Shown here: piece by piece, positions 11,690 to 24,930 of the stretch
Layout of the letters: each line of letters opens with the position of its first letter
How positions within the stretch are numbered: position 1 is the first letter of the stretch
NCBI RefSeq assembly: GCF_001194135.2
Contig: NC_068985.1
Coordinates: forward strand, 70,273,634 to 70,315,771
Direction: 5' to 3'
DNA: 42,138 bases
DNA from: Octopus bimaculoides
Lineage: Eukaryota
Translations under genes and position numbers: made by a program
Notes under the pieces: model-generated
What the model was told of the DNA's origin: nothing
Database searches by the model: none
What the model saw: only the letters and a program-made list of their open reading frames with translations

Positions 11690-12300
11690 AGTTTGAGGCT
11701 CTCATTGTTTACTTTGAAATGTTAAAGAGTGATGGCTGTTTGGAAGTTACCATTGCTGAATCAAGGAGTGTGTCTATTCGGTGACTTTCCGGAGAAGTGA
11801 CGGGAATGAAATTGCTTATCAAATAAGAGAGGATTTATGAAAGTAGGATATAGGAGCTTTTGTTGTTCAGCTATTTCAGGTTTTGTTGAGTAGGTAACAT
11901 TGTAGGCCACCAATTAAAGGCCACCTAAAGGATATGCCTAATGTATGTTGGTTTACAGTTATTGTTAACCCAGTTGAGAAATAGTTTTAAAATATTCGTG
12001 AATATTGCATCAGACTAAAATGATTAGGTAGCGGTCTAGTATGAGTGACAATAGTTTCTTTTAGAGAGTCATCAGCTATCCAGTTCAGATTATTTATCTA
12101 AATATTTAATAAGAAATTGTCATTTGGTTATTGGTGTGTTACCTTGCTGAAAATTCGTCAGATATTGAGTGGCATAGCATTTAACAAGTATATTGAGGTT
12201 TAAGTTTCATGATGATTATAGCTTAACTGTACATAGCGCAGTGTACCGAAGTGTTGCTCAGTGTAGTGCCGTGTTCCTTGGTATGAATGGAGGTAATGTA
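11690..12300 (-). mobile_element. Possible very decayed LINE APE-endonuclease region
   Basis: Weak motif echoes in the expected order (TRPLPN for YRPP, VAFNW for GDFN..W, RIDTLLD for TLDL). Confidence 0.22.
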
Positions 12301-13766
12301 TTAGGAGTGATGACACAATTTATGAAACAAGAACATTAGCTTACTTAGATATGCACCGCAGCATATACTGGGTAATTCTGGTAAAAGGGGTATAATGCAG
12401 TGAGGGAACAGCCCGTTTTTGTTAGGACTGTTGTTATATATTGTCTTGGCCAAACATAAATATATACATATAGATATAGTGATTGATATTTGTTGTCATT
12501 TTTCTTTCATTATGACATTTAACTTTCTAACAATTTTTGTCTCCACTTTTTATCTCATTCTTTCTCAACATATATTTGTTAAGGCACACGTGTAATCATG
12601 TGCATTCATTATGTATATACAAACGTGTGCGTGCATGCCCATGCTTTTATACCTGCGCATGACCACACGCATACTCACACACACGGACACGCACATACAT
12701 ACGTACACACATAAATACGTGCATATGTATGTGTGTTGTATCTGTGGAATATCAATAAATATATGTATGTATATAAACAGGGTACAGAAACGGGGAGGAT
12801 TCAACTATTTCTCTGAATATTAAAACACTAATGAACTGCCTTAATCGATTTTCGAACCTTATTGAGTCCTTCTGAGTGGCGTCTACATTCATTTTACCAA
12901 TCCCAGAAAAAAGAAGCAACAAATTTGTTTATATAGCCAACGAATTCAGTAGCTACAGAGAACTGGAGCTACTAGTTTGCATACTGTAAGCACTTAACAC
13001 TTCATTTAGTACCGGCGGCACACACACACACAAACACAAAATATAATATAATATAGATATATAAGGAGAATTCACAAAAAAAGTAGGAGTTAAGAGAAGT
13101 GGGAGTCGGAGCAAGAGAGGAGAGGTGGGTGGGGGAAGTAGGTGTGAGGGGGAGAGAGGCGAGGAAAGAAGGTTCGATGAAGAGGGCAGGAGAGTTGAGC
13201 CCATGTGCCGCAAAAGAGCGAAGATAGNNNNNNNNNNNNNNNNNNNNNNNNNNNNNNNNNNNNNNNNNNNNNNNNNNNNNNNNNNNNNNNNNNNNNNNNN
13301 NNNNNNNNNNNNNNNNNNNNNNNNNNNNNNNNNNNNNNNNNNNNNNNNNNNNNNNNNNNNNNNNNNNNNNNNNNNNNNNNNNNNNNNNNNNNNNNNNNNN
13401 NNNNNNNNNNNNNNNNNNNNNNNNNNNNNNNNNNNNNNNNNNNNNNNNNNNNNNNNNNNNNNNNNNNNNNNNNNNNNNNNNNNNNNNNNNNNNNNNNNNN
13501 NNNNNNNNNNNNNNNNNNNNNNNNNNNNNNNNNNNNNNNNNNNNNNNNNNNNNNNNNNNNNNNNNNNNNNNNNNNNNNNNNNNNNNNNNNNNNNNNNNNN
13601 NNNNNNNNNNNNNNNNNNNNNNNNNNNNNNNNNNNNNNNNNNNNNNNNNNNNNNNNNNNNNNNNNNNNNNNNNNNNNNNNNNNNNNNNNNNNNNNNNNNN
13701 NNNNNNNNNNNNNNNNNNNNNNNNNNNNNNNNNNNNNNNNNNNNNNNNNNNNNNNNNNNNNNNNNN

Positions 13767-14128
13767 AGTGAAGCTTCCTTTCCGAGGGCCCAGGTCGGTC
13801 GGGACGAGAATCTGTTGATTCTTTTCCTTGGCTTTTGAATTGCGCTATAATTCTATTAACAGTAGCAAGAGGAATTTGAAGATTTTCAGCAATTTTTTGC
13901 CGACTAAGACCAGCCTTAGATTGTCCAACAATACGACCTCTTTGAAAATCTGACAGTTCTGCTGAATTTGTTGTGCGTGGCATGGTTAGTCTTAGCAAAT
14001 GTTTAATATAATGGCACCTGGAATGAAAAAGTACATTGTAAGTTCTACACCGCTGAAAATATATTAAGACACTTAGATCAGAATTTGTTCTAAATTGAAG
14101 GTGTCTATTTACTTCATGCATGTCTGTG
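13767..14128 (-). mobile_element. Tc1/mariner element 5' end with transposase N-terminal HTH; remainder lost in the gap
   Basis: ATG at 13983: [72 protein letters not shown]. ELSxFxRGxIVG and the GRP-like linker are Tc1 hallmarks. The putative terminus TA|CACAGACATGCATG lies at about 14128. Confidence 0.87.
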
Positions 14129-14753
14129 TATATATATGTTTATACACGCATTTAGAAAATGCGTTCCCGTTAAGCATCCATCTGTATATATCGTAATGTT
14201 TTGTAGCCTCATGTATGAATTTGTGTGCACATGTAAAATATAAAGTATCAAGCTAGAAATCATATCTGAAAACCCTAATGTATATTTATATTTAAAAAGT
14301 TTCGTATATATATATATATNNNNNNNNNNNNNNNNNNNNNNNNNNNNNNNNNNNNNNNNNNNNNNNNNNNNNNNNNNNNNNNNNNNNNNNNNNNNNNNNN
14401 NNNNNNNNNNNNNNNNNNNNNNNNNNNNNNNNNNNNNNNNNNNNNNNNNNNNNNNNNNNNNNNNNNNNNNNNNNNNNNNNNNNNNNNNNNNNNNNNNNNN
14501 NNNNNNNNNNNNNNNNNNNNNNNNNNNNNNNNNNNNNNNNNNNNNNNNNNNNNNNNNNNNNNNNNNNNNNNNNNNNNNNNNNNNNNNNNNNNNNNNNNNN
14601 NNNNNNNNNNNNNNNNNNNNNNNNNNNNNNNNNNNNNNNNNNNNNNNNNNNNNNNNNNNNNNNNNNNNNNNNNNNNNNNNNNNNNNNNNNNNNNNNNNNN
14701 NNNNNNNNNNNNNNNNNNNNNNNNNNNNNNNNNNNNNNNNNNNNNNNNNNNNN

Positions 14754-15500
14754 TGTTCCTCGTTAACCAGCGTACGAAAGCGTTTCTCTGCTGAAAGAGA
14801 CATTCTACGGAGAACCTCGTTTTGTTTAGAGGAATAAGACGTATCCTTAGTCTTTGGCTGAGGAGTGTTACGGAGGGGCATCGCCCGTTCGAGACAAGGA
14901 CTTCAGGCTTGGTAGTGCAAACAGCCGAACCTGCTCGAGATGCTTGCTGGGTGACGAAACTGTCGTGCATCCAATAATTCGGTGTCCGTACATTATGGAG
15001 TTGTGAGATCGTGTGGAGAAGCTGCTGTCGAGTGTAAGACTAATTCAGCTGTTTGCCGAGTGTATATTGAAGGTCGACGCACCACCTTCCCTTAACAGAG
15101 AAGGAAGGCAGACCTTTTTCTCCTTAGTGACTGTGGCAAAAGAGGATGTGTGGTGGATACGTCTGAAAGGTTTGAAGACAGACACATTCTTATCTGGTCA
15201 AGCCCTTGCCAATTTCTTCAAATATCATTTGAAGAGGAAGGTGAAGGTAGAGAGGGATTTGCTGCCTTCTAGTGTGTTTATCAAAAGGTGGTCGACAGTG
15301 GCAAGACTCGTAAAACTGAATGAATCTTGTCTGAACATGATTTTCAAAGCAGGAGGAAAGAAACTGGAAGAGGCCACTTTCCCATGCCTTGGAGATGGCA
15401 AAGTAACGTGGAATCTTTGTTTGGGGTTTACTGCGAATTGCCCTGAGTGGACTGCCCTGCTATTGGGGATTCTATTTATTTATTTATTTATTATTTCTTT
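14754..15500 (+). mobile_element. Tx1/L1-clade LINE 3' end (ORF2 C-terminus with zf-RVT), decayed
   Basis: SLAEECYGGASPVRDKDFRLGSANSRTCSRCLLGDETVVHPIIRC (CX2CX8HX4C at 14932-14985), a stop, then VEKLLS..AKEDVWWIR..KYHLKRKVKVER..FIKRW. Ends in a (TATT)n tail at about 15470-15500. Confidence 0.85.
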
Positions 15501-15649
15501 ACTTTCTATTATATATCTTCTGTTATATCATTTAATGTCGTAGTATCTCCCTTTCATGCGATTGCTAGCTTGCAAGTATTGAAGAAAAGGCCTGATGCAA
15601 GAGTTCCGGGGATCGTCGTAGAGCACTATTCTACGAGCCAAACCACTGA

Positions 15650-17190
15650 TGAAAATGAAGTACCAATAAAAGGATTCAGGAAAAAGGACAACCGAAACTC
15701 AGAGCAAAGAATATACGTCCAGGACAGAAGGATAAGGAAAAAGAGTTGGTTAACTGATATGAAACTGGAAATAATTCAGTGCATAGCATCCTAAGACAGC
15801 GTCAATGCAGAAGACCATTGCAGTGCTAATAAAGAAGAGGTGACCGAGATCAGTACAGCACCTCAGATTGCAGAAGATACAAATCAGTCTGCTCGACTTG
15901 CCAACGGTAACGGACAGAGCCGTCACAGATTAAGAGAAAAGAATTGTAGATCAAGTCGTAGAGGTATTGCTGTCGGACAGCTTTGGAGTGGTACTTTACT
16001 TTGAGAAAGTGTACCAATAGAAAATGATGTAGCAACAACAAAAGTAAGCAAGATCTTAAAGTATATACACACAAACAAACAATATCATGGAAAATAATAG
16101 ATTTATCAAGTCAAACATTATATAGTGTTAACAGAAAATATGTGTATGCAGTGAGATGTCCACTAACCAACACAAATAGACAGAAAAGAAGGATGAACAG
16201 TGCAACATGGTGGAATTGAAGGAGCCTTAGAGACTTTAAAAGTGTGCAGTGTTCTGTCAGTACTAGATGCAAGAAGGAAAGAAGTGTGCCGTGCTGAAAG
16301 ACAAGCATGCCACTGATTTCAAATATTTGCAGGCTGTAATCAAGGAACTAAGTTTGTGTAAACCAAGAGAGCAAAAAATCACTTTACATGATCAAATAAT
16401 CAAATAGTATCATCAAAATAGTCTTTTCAAGGCAGAGCAAAAAATATATTCTTAGGAAAGAAAGAAGCAGACATGATATATGCATTCCAAATGCAGGGGA
16501 AACTTTTATGATTTTGCTACAAGCTATTTGGGAAGGTTGAATAAAACACTAACGCTGGGTGGCTACACAACCTGAAAAAAATTAAACCATATAAATCCTC
16601 TGGAAGAAGATATTAAGATAAACAAAGGAATTGTTCAACGCATAAGTAGAAATACAAGTAACTTAAAACTGCCAACCCAGATAAATTTCGGGGCTATTGG
16701 ATGAATGAATTCACTGAATTTCATGAAATGATAATCGAAAATCCCGGGTTGGTTGACCAGAAGCAGAAAGATGCCAGAAAGAATTATCAATAGAAAACAC
16801 TGTTGCTAACCTCAGGCCAATATCCTATTTGCCGAACCAATGTACTAGTTGGTGCAACGTAAGAGTTCATGGACAGCATGTTAATGGAAGAGCAAAAGGG
16901 GTACAGATGATGAGGCAAGGGAATTAAAGACGCAAGACGAATGCAAAATGTGCAAAACGAACTACAAACTACAAACTTTGAAATAATACGTTGACTACTC
17001 ATTCTTAGATGGAGGATTATTTGAAAATGTTTGGAATTCTTCTGAATATGATATTGAGCAGATCTCCAACTAAAGTATAGATAGATGAGCAGTGAACTCA
17101 CATGTGAAAGGCTTATTTTTAATTCAAAGATGGTATCTTCCGAGAAGATATACTGTCACCAGTGAATTAGTCTTGTGAAAGATGTTTTTC
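15650..17190 (+). mobile_element. Decayed R4/Dong-clade element: N-terminal region through RT motif B, 3'-truncated
   Basis: SEQRIYVQDRRIRKKSWLTDMKLEIIQ (resembles SEQRLADQxRxIxKxxWL), FRGYWMNEF, ANLRPISYL, MEEQKGYR and IQR/GIFREDILSP (resembles RGIFQGDSLSP) occur in the correct order, with many lesions. Confidence 0.8.
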
Positions 17191-17510
17191 CGATTTATTC
17201 AAAAGAAGTATTACATTCAGTTTCAAGTTCTAAAATTTTAATATTCTGATCGAATACATAAACATACACATACACATGCACAAGCACAAACATACACACA
17301 CACACACACACATTACACACACATATATATACATATACATGTATGCACGTACACNNNNNNNNNNNNNNNNNNNNNNNNNNNNNNNNNNNNNNNNNNNNNN
17401 NNNNNNNNNNNNNNNNNNNNNNNNNNNNNNNNNNNNNNNNNNNNNNNNNNNNNNNNNNNNNNNNNNNNNNNNNNNNNNNNNNNNNNNNNNNNNNNNNNNN
17501 NNNNNNNNNN

Positions 17511-17545
<35 letters not shown>

Positions 17546-17989
17546 ATATGTATCTATCCATCTAACTATTCATATATATATATATATGTGTATGTATGTA
17601 TGTATGTATGTACGTATGCCTATGTACACGTATGTGTGTGTGTATTAATATATGGTGATGTTACTGTAAAATAGGAAACAGCAGTCATTCACATTATCAG
17701 CACACTTCATTTATCTCCTTATCTCCTTTTAGAAAGCTCTCTTTCACTTGAATCAATTCAGTGTGTCTTTTCACTTCATTTCCGGCTAAAAGATTTCCTC
17801 TAAATCCATGAATTTAAATAAAACAAAATTAGGATGTAGCCGTCTGTATATCATAGTTAATGTGAATACACCGCAAAAACTCAAATTTACTACGGTACAT
17901 ATCCAGGGATAATACTCCTATGAATGCACTGTGCCTATAAAACACTGTAACAAACGAAAATATTACAACAACGGCGTTGAATATGGTGG

Positions 17990-18410
17990 ATGTACATTTC
18001 TGTTCCTTGAGCCTTGTTAGTAGCAATGGGACGTCGTCATTTTCATACATTGATCCTGTACAAGAAGTAAGTAAAAGAATATGAGTTGGACTTGATCTTA
18101 TCAACTGAGAAACCCTCGTTAAGAGTCACGCTCCAGAGCTTTTTGAATCTGTTGAGATTCAAGTCATCTACGGTTCCTGTGGGTTTCAATTACTAATCGC
18201 ACCTACGCTATTATGCAACTTCAAAAATACTCCGGATTTTTACGTACAGCCTTTTCTCGAGGAAGTAAGACTAACAATATAAGGTACCATACTTTAACCA
18301 CGACTGTACACCAGGAAACGGAGAGAAGTCTTATTCTCACCTTTAACTTTTGGATGATACGAGCTTACAATGTACAATCGAAACGTCATTGTAGTGGTGA
18401 AACCATTCTA
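17990..18410 (+). mobile_element. Possible decayed LINE APE fragment
   Basis: WDVVIFIH (resembles GGVxIxI) and PELFESVEIQV..FQLLIAP (resembles FEx.E..YRPP) are only weak echoes. Confidence 0.22.
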
Positions 18411-21400
18411 GGAGACCACATTAATGTTTACACACACGCACACACATACATACACACAAACGTTTGTGTGCTTGAGTGTTGTGTGTTTTTGTGTCTGTCT
18501 GTGTGTTTGTGTGTGTGCGTGTAAGAAACCACGATGTACGTGGTTTGTTAGAAATTGCTATCACATTTAGTTGTGTGGGATTACGCATATGTGTGTGTGT
18601 GTGAATGTGTGAATGTGTGTGTTTGTATACACGCCACAATCACCTATTTATGTTTATTAACATAATATAACTCACACACGTATGTATATGTGTGTATGTT
18701 TATATACAAGCATATAAGTATATAGTATAAAACATGATGGGACCTGCTTATATTTTTATTTATGCTTTCAGACAATACCATCAACTCACCCTCTTTGTAT
18801 GGATTACTTCAGTGATTCCTCTTTGTCTCAAATGATAAGTAGCATATTGCTGTTCCCGGGTAACAGTGGCCTATTTTGGAATAACTGTGGGTCAAAAAGA
18901 ATAAGGTGTCACTCAAGCACTCTCTGAACAATGGCCTAACAGCAAGGGTCGATGTACTTCAATTATGAATGGTGGCCTACCTAGGATATCACGTGTTACT
19001 AGAAAGTTCTTGCAGAAGGATAAGATTAACGCTGATGCATTAGATGGCTGAGAGAAATGTGGTGTTTTATCTCACAATTCTAATGCAGTAAAATACAGTA
19101 ACATAAAGTTTGTTCCAATGCAGTAACATAGACTGTTATTGTGGAATCTTGTAGTCAAAGACGTATGCCTCCAACGGAGGAATCTGTGGAAATCCCGAAA
19201 ATACTGACCTGGCTGCGTTTGCTACTGAGGTGGAAATGGATGTATATAAGACAGAGGAAGTCAAACGATAGCGGAGATGTTGAAGCTTCTCCAATAATGA
19301 GGCTATATAGTTGATCATTGCATTTGATATTCAGTGATAATACACAGCAGTACGTAATCTGGTCTGTTCAGAGAATGGTGCGATGATGCACTCAATATTT
19401 ATGAACAACAAGATTGTAGTTTATATATGATGACAAATGCATTACCAGAAACTAATTTGTATGGAGGACCAATCTTCTCGATTCCTTCTATAAACAAGGT
19501 CCCCACATACTATAACTGAACTTGCCAAACGATATGAAACCAAGAATGCAAGCATTGTCAATCGTTTAAGGAAACAAAGAAGTAAAAATAATCGATGTTA
19601 TTAGTTCACTGTTATACTGACAAACCCTAAAACACAGACGTTAGTCAGTACGTGAACTGCTTCTACGAAATATTCAAAGTTAGATGTTATTTAAGGTTCT
19701 GAAGCGATTTTCAAGCATCCTGCGCACAAGATGAGAAGTAGGTGAACCTTCCATCGGAAATTAATCTTGGTAGAAACAACCGTCATTCAGGTTACTAATT
19801 TGAAACAATATATCAATGTAATGTTATATAAATATTTTGTTATATTATAGTAAAACAAGTATGCAACACCATCTTCTCCAAATATGTATAGCAACAAGGA
19901 AAACATATATGTTGATCAGATAGCAAGATATTATTCAATAGAAGAACGTCCAGACACTCCATGAATAAAGCAAAGCATTGCAGATAAAGAGCATATAAAC
20001 ATCAAACAAACAATTACATTCCACGAACAAAGAAAATATTATCCAGGTACCATGAAGAATGATCCTACAAGGCATATTACAACAGCTAAACAGAACATAA
20101 TTGGTCTAACTGACATAGACAAATAGGAACATAAGAAACAAAGCGCAATGTCCATTAGTAGCACGGAAATACGTTTAATACCTCTTCCATTTTCGAACAT
20201 TTGTTGGCTTTATGTCATCTGATTAACGTACTTTAGTTGTCAAAATTTTTAACGCATACATACAAACACAGACACAAACACAAATACGGTGAGAGACACA
20301 GAGAGAGAAAGGGAGATAGAGAAACACACACACGTGATACATTGTTGGGACGCGATGTTGTACAATAATTAAACTTTTACAATTGTTGGAATATGCTTAG
20401 GATATCTGTGACTATTTAAATGGACATTTTTATTGCAGTTTGCAGTGGAGAAACATTTTTACTTAAGGCATAAGTTGTAAGATAAAGAAGTCGCTTTGGA
20501 GCGCCCTCTATGGAATTTAAAAAGTTCTCCCAAATTACTTTAGTGTGTAAACGTTTTGCTCAAGGAAGAATTGTCTCCCTGAGAAACGACAGTAACAACG
20601 TTCTTTCTACAAGACAAATGTCACAAATATATTTGAACTAATCTAAATGCTGGTGATATATACATCTATATATATATATANNNNNNNNNNNNNNNNNNNN
20701 NNNNNNNNNNNNNNNNNNNNNNNNNNNNNNNNNNNNNNNNNNNNNNNNNNNNNNNNNNNNNNNNNNNNNNNNNNNNNNNNNNNNNNNNNNNNNNNNNNNN
20801 NNNNNNNNNNNNNNNNNNNNNNNNNNNNNNNNNNNNNNNNNNNNNNNNNNNNNNNNNNNNNNNNNNNNNNNNNNNNNNNNNNNNNNNNNNNNNNNNNNNN
20901 NNNNNNNNNNNNNNNNNNNNNNNNNNNNNNNNNNNNNNNNNNNNNNNNNNNNNNNNNNNNNNNNNNNNNNNNNNNNNNNNNNNNNNNNNNNNNNNNNNNN
21001 NNNNNNNNNNNNNNNNNNNNNNNNNNNNNNNNNNNNNNNNNNNNNNNNNNNNNNNNNNNNNNNNNNNNNNNNNNNNNNNNNNNNNNNNNNNNNNNNNNNN
21101 NNNNNNNNNNNNNNNNNNNNNNNNNNNNNNNNNNNNNNNNNNNNNNNNNNNNNNNNNNNNNNNNNNNNNNNNNNNNNNNNNNNNNNNNNNNNNNNNNNNN
21201 NNNNNNNNNNNNNNNNNNNNNNNNNNNNNNNNNNNNNNNNNNNNNNNNNNNNNNNNNNNNNNNNNNNNNNNNNNNNNNNNNNNNNNNNNNNNNNNNNNNN
21301 NNNNNNNNNNNNNNNNNNNNNNNNNNNNNNNNNNNNNNNNNNNNNNNNNNNNNNNNNNNNNNNNNNNNNNNNNNNNNNNNNNNNNNNNNNNNNNNNNNNN

Positions 21401-21447
21401 NNNNNNNNNNNNNNNNNNNNNNNNNNNNNNNNNTATACATATATATG

Positions 21448-21479
<32 letters not shown>

Positions 21480-21859
21480 CAGAGAGAGATAGAGAGAGGC
21501 AGACAGACAGAGAGGCGGAGGTGAGAAACAGTCATAATGATGCAAGCAGACAATTAATGGAATATACATAAATTTGTACAAGCAGATATACATAAGGATA
21601 CATACAGAGAGAAACAAACACTGAAAATATTCAGAAGGTTAACATTCATGTATAAGCATATATATTTTTATATAGGTACAGAAAGTATTTACATGGATTA
21701 CAAAAGATACATAAAACTAAGGGGCGTATGCATGGTATTTGAGGTCCGACAGCTGTTTCAGGGACCTCGGAATTACGTAATATTTGTAATGTTGGCATAT
21801 GAAGTGTACAAAAAGACAAAATTACGCAAACACTATGCGGATGCATATGAACATGATTA

Positions 21860-22560
21860 GAAATGTTTAGCATCTAACATGTCAGATCATAATGCAAGGA
21901 ATTTAAGGACAGAATGGATAAAGATGATAAATAGAAGTGGAAGCAGGGATACTAACCCATCAACCTCTACCCCCTCCGTATTCACATCCCTCTATTCTAT
22001 TTGGTACACGTTTACATACCATAGCACTGCCACTTCAATACAAACCCAATATTTTGCCTCCAAAACAAATGCTATATTGACCACAAGCTCACCCTCCACT
22101 CTATCCCCACCTTTATCTTCTTTGTTACCTGTCTACATGCATTAATATTATCACTCAGCCACTGAAATGGTCAACTTATTTCCCTGAAATAATTGCCTTT
22201 CCCATTCTCACTATCTCAGCCTTTAATTCTATAGCCTTCACACAAACTAACGCAAAGGTTACCATTCACATACTACCTAAACCAACATCCCTTCTTCCTC
22301 CTACCTTCCATCTCTACGACTACAACTCCCTACAAGCCTCATTATTAAACCCTAAACCCTAACCCTTGAAATTCCATCTTTAATCATCATTCCATCTTTA
22401 ATCTCCTTTCTGTTAACATCTCGAATGTAAGGCTTCTTCCCTGAAGACGGTGGCTTATATTATCCGACGATGGAATCAATTTACAATCATTGTTTTTTAC
22501 CACCAAGACACCCCAAAACAGCTGTTGGATATGTAAAACTCTTCATCCTTACCTTTAACT
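21860..22560 (+). mobile_element. Possible PLE 3' region / pseudo-LTR remnant
   Basis: C-rich 3'-UTR-like tract followed by CCTGAAGACGGTGG..CCACC..ATATGTAAAAC, which resembles PLE terminal repeats. It lies just upstream of a clear PLE RT. Confidence 0.35.
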
Positions 22561-23042
22561 TTTAATATCTTTTCTATCTTGTGTCAGTCGGACCTTTTAC
22601 CATGTAAACATATATACATTTTTTTATATTCTTTGTATATCGACCCAACTAACTTGCTTATCCATACAGTTACGCCTCTACCCACTCAAGTTTAAATCTC
22701 TTCAGCATTATCAAATGTATCCGATTTTCATCTAAGAACTATATGTGTATATATATATATATNNNNNNNNNNNNNNNNNNNNNNNNNNNNNNNNNNNNNN
22801 NNNNNNNNNNNNNNNNNNNNNNNNNNNNNNNNNNNNNNNNNNNNNNNNNNNNNNNNNNNNNNNNNNNNNNNNNNNNNNNNNNNNNNNNNNNNNNNNNNNN
22901 NNNNNNNNNNNNNNNNNNNNNNNNNNNNNNNNNNNNNNNNNNNNNNNNNNNNNNNNNNNNNNNNNNNNNNNNNNNNNNNNNNNNNNNTATATGTATGTAT
23001 ACATATACGTACGTACATACATGTGTGTGTGTGTTTGTGTGT

Positions 23043-23502
23043 GTGACACCGCAACACATTTTTTGTGTGGCCCAACTTGTCCTCTCCCTCAACTGCATCT
23101 CATTCGTAGAATATTTTACCAACAGATTTCTCGGTAGTGGCCATGGCAACAAGAATGTTCCCCAACTATGCGAACCTATTCGTTTGCTACGTTGAGGCCT
23201 AAATATTCTCACAATTAACTGGTCCCACTCTCGAGCTATACGGTCGTTATATCGATTTTTGTATTGGTGCGACCTCACTCTTCCGCGACTCCTTCATTTC
23301 TTTTGTCCAATCCTTTCATCCTGCCCTCAAAATCTCCTTCACTATCTCAAACTCTTCCAGCGAATTTCTCAACATTTCTGTCAGCATCCACTACTCCGCT
23401 CGCACTACCTCTATCCACTACAGACACACTGATTCACATTCATACCATAACGCTTCTTCTTCCCACCTTACCTACACCATGCTCTCCATCCCCTACTCCA
23501 AA
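23043..23502 (+). mobile_element. Penelope-like element reverse transcriptase fragment (decayed; continues into the gap)
   Basis: With frameshifts: AQLVLSLNCISF..YQQIS/GVAMATRMFPNYANLFVCYVEA*IFSQLTGPTLELYGRYIDFCIGA..SFHPALKISFTIS..EFLNISV..HYRHTDSHSY..SSSH..SIPYS. These are the PLE RT motifs GxAMG/PxYANLF, RYIDD (mutated), FLD and KPTD..YL. Confidence 0.9.
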
Positions 23503-24586
23503 NNNNNNNNNNNNNNNNNNNNNNNNNNNNNNNNNNNNNNNNNNNNNNNNNNNNNNNNNNNNNNNNNNNNNNNNNNNNNNNNNNNNNNNNNNNNNNNNNN
23601 NNNNNNNNNNNNNNNNNNNNNNNNNNNNNNNNNNNNNNNNNNNNNNNNNNNNNNNNNNNNNNNNNNNNNNNNNNNNNNNNNNNNNNNNNNNNNNNNNNNN
23701 NNNNNNNNNNNNNNNNNNNNNNNNNNNNNNNNNNNNNNNNNNNNNNNNNNNNNNNNNNNNNNNNNNNNNNNNNNNNNNNNNNNNNNNNNNNNNNNNNNNN
23801 NNNNNNNNNNNNNNNNNNNNNNNNNNNNNNNNNNNNNNNNNNNNNNNNNNNNNNNNNNNNNNNNNNNNNNNNNNNNNNNNNNNNNNNNNNNNNNNNNNNN
23901 NNNNNNNNNNNNNNNNNNNNNNNNNNNNNNNNNNNNNNNNNNNNNNNNNNNNNNNNNNNNNNNNNNNNNNNNNNNNNNNNNNNNNNNNNNNNNNNNNNNN
24001 NNNNNNNNNNNNNNNNNNNNNNNNNNNNNNNNNNNNNNNNNNNNNNNNNNNNNNNNNNNNNNNNNNNNNNNNNNNNNNNNNNNNNNNNNNNNNNNNNNNN
24101 NNNNNNNNNNNNNNNNNNNNNNNNNNNNNNNNNNNNNNNNNNNNNNNNNNNNNNNNNNNNNNNNNNNNNNNNNNNNNNNNNNNNNNNNNNNNNNNNNNNN
24201 NNNNNNNNNNNNNNNNNNNNNNNNNNNNNNNNNNNNNNNNNNNNNNNNNNNNNNNNNNNNNNNNNNNNNNNNNNNNNNNNNNNNNNNNNNNNNNNNNNNN
24301 NNNNNNNNNNNNNNNNNNNNNNNNNNNNNNNNNNNNNNNNNNNNNNNNNNNNNNNNNNNNNNNNNNNNNNNNNNNNNNNNNNNNNNNNNNNNNNNNNNNN
24401 NNNNNNNNNNNNNNNNNNNNNNNNNNNNNNNNNNNNNNNNNNNNNNNNNNNNNNNNNNNNNNNNNNNNNNNNNNNNNNNNNNNNNNNNNNNNNNNNNNNA
24501 TCTCTGTACACTTTTTGTTGTTCCTACACCTGTCTTCGTCTTTGTTTTTCTGTAAATTTGACCTATATATCACACACACATACATC

Positions 24587-24653
<67 letters not shown>

Positions 24654-24930
24654 GTCCTTATTAGTGTTATACTCCTATAGATGAAGTCACGTTGAGACGA
24701 GTATCATAGATTTTTGTCTTTCTACTGTATATCCCCTTTGAGAAATGCAGAATATATATTCATATGCGTGTGTGTGTGTGTATGTGCCTGTATGTCTGCC
24801 TGTATGTATGTCTGTCTGTATGTATGTATGTATGTGTGTATGTATGTATGTATGTATGCATGTATGTATGTGTGTATGTATGTATGTATGTATGTATGTA
24901 TGTATGAATGTATGTACGTATCTTTCTCTA
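24587..24930 (+). repeat. (GATA)n and (TG)n/(TATG)n microsatellites
   Basis: Directly visible at 24587-24652 and about 24768-24930. Confidence 0.95.

Noticed and set aside
18010-18075. AAGAA|GTAAGT donor as an exon end
   Set aside because: There is no good upstream acceptor or recognisable peptide, and it lies in a probable LINE relic.
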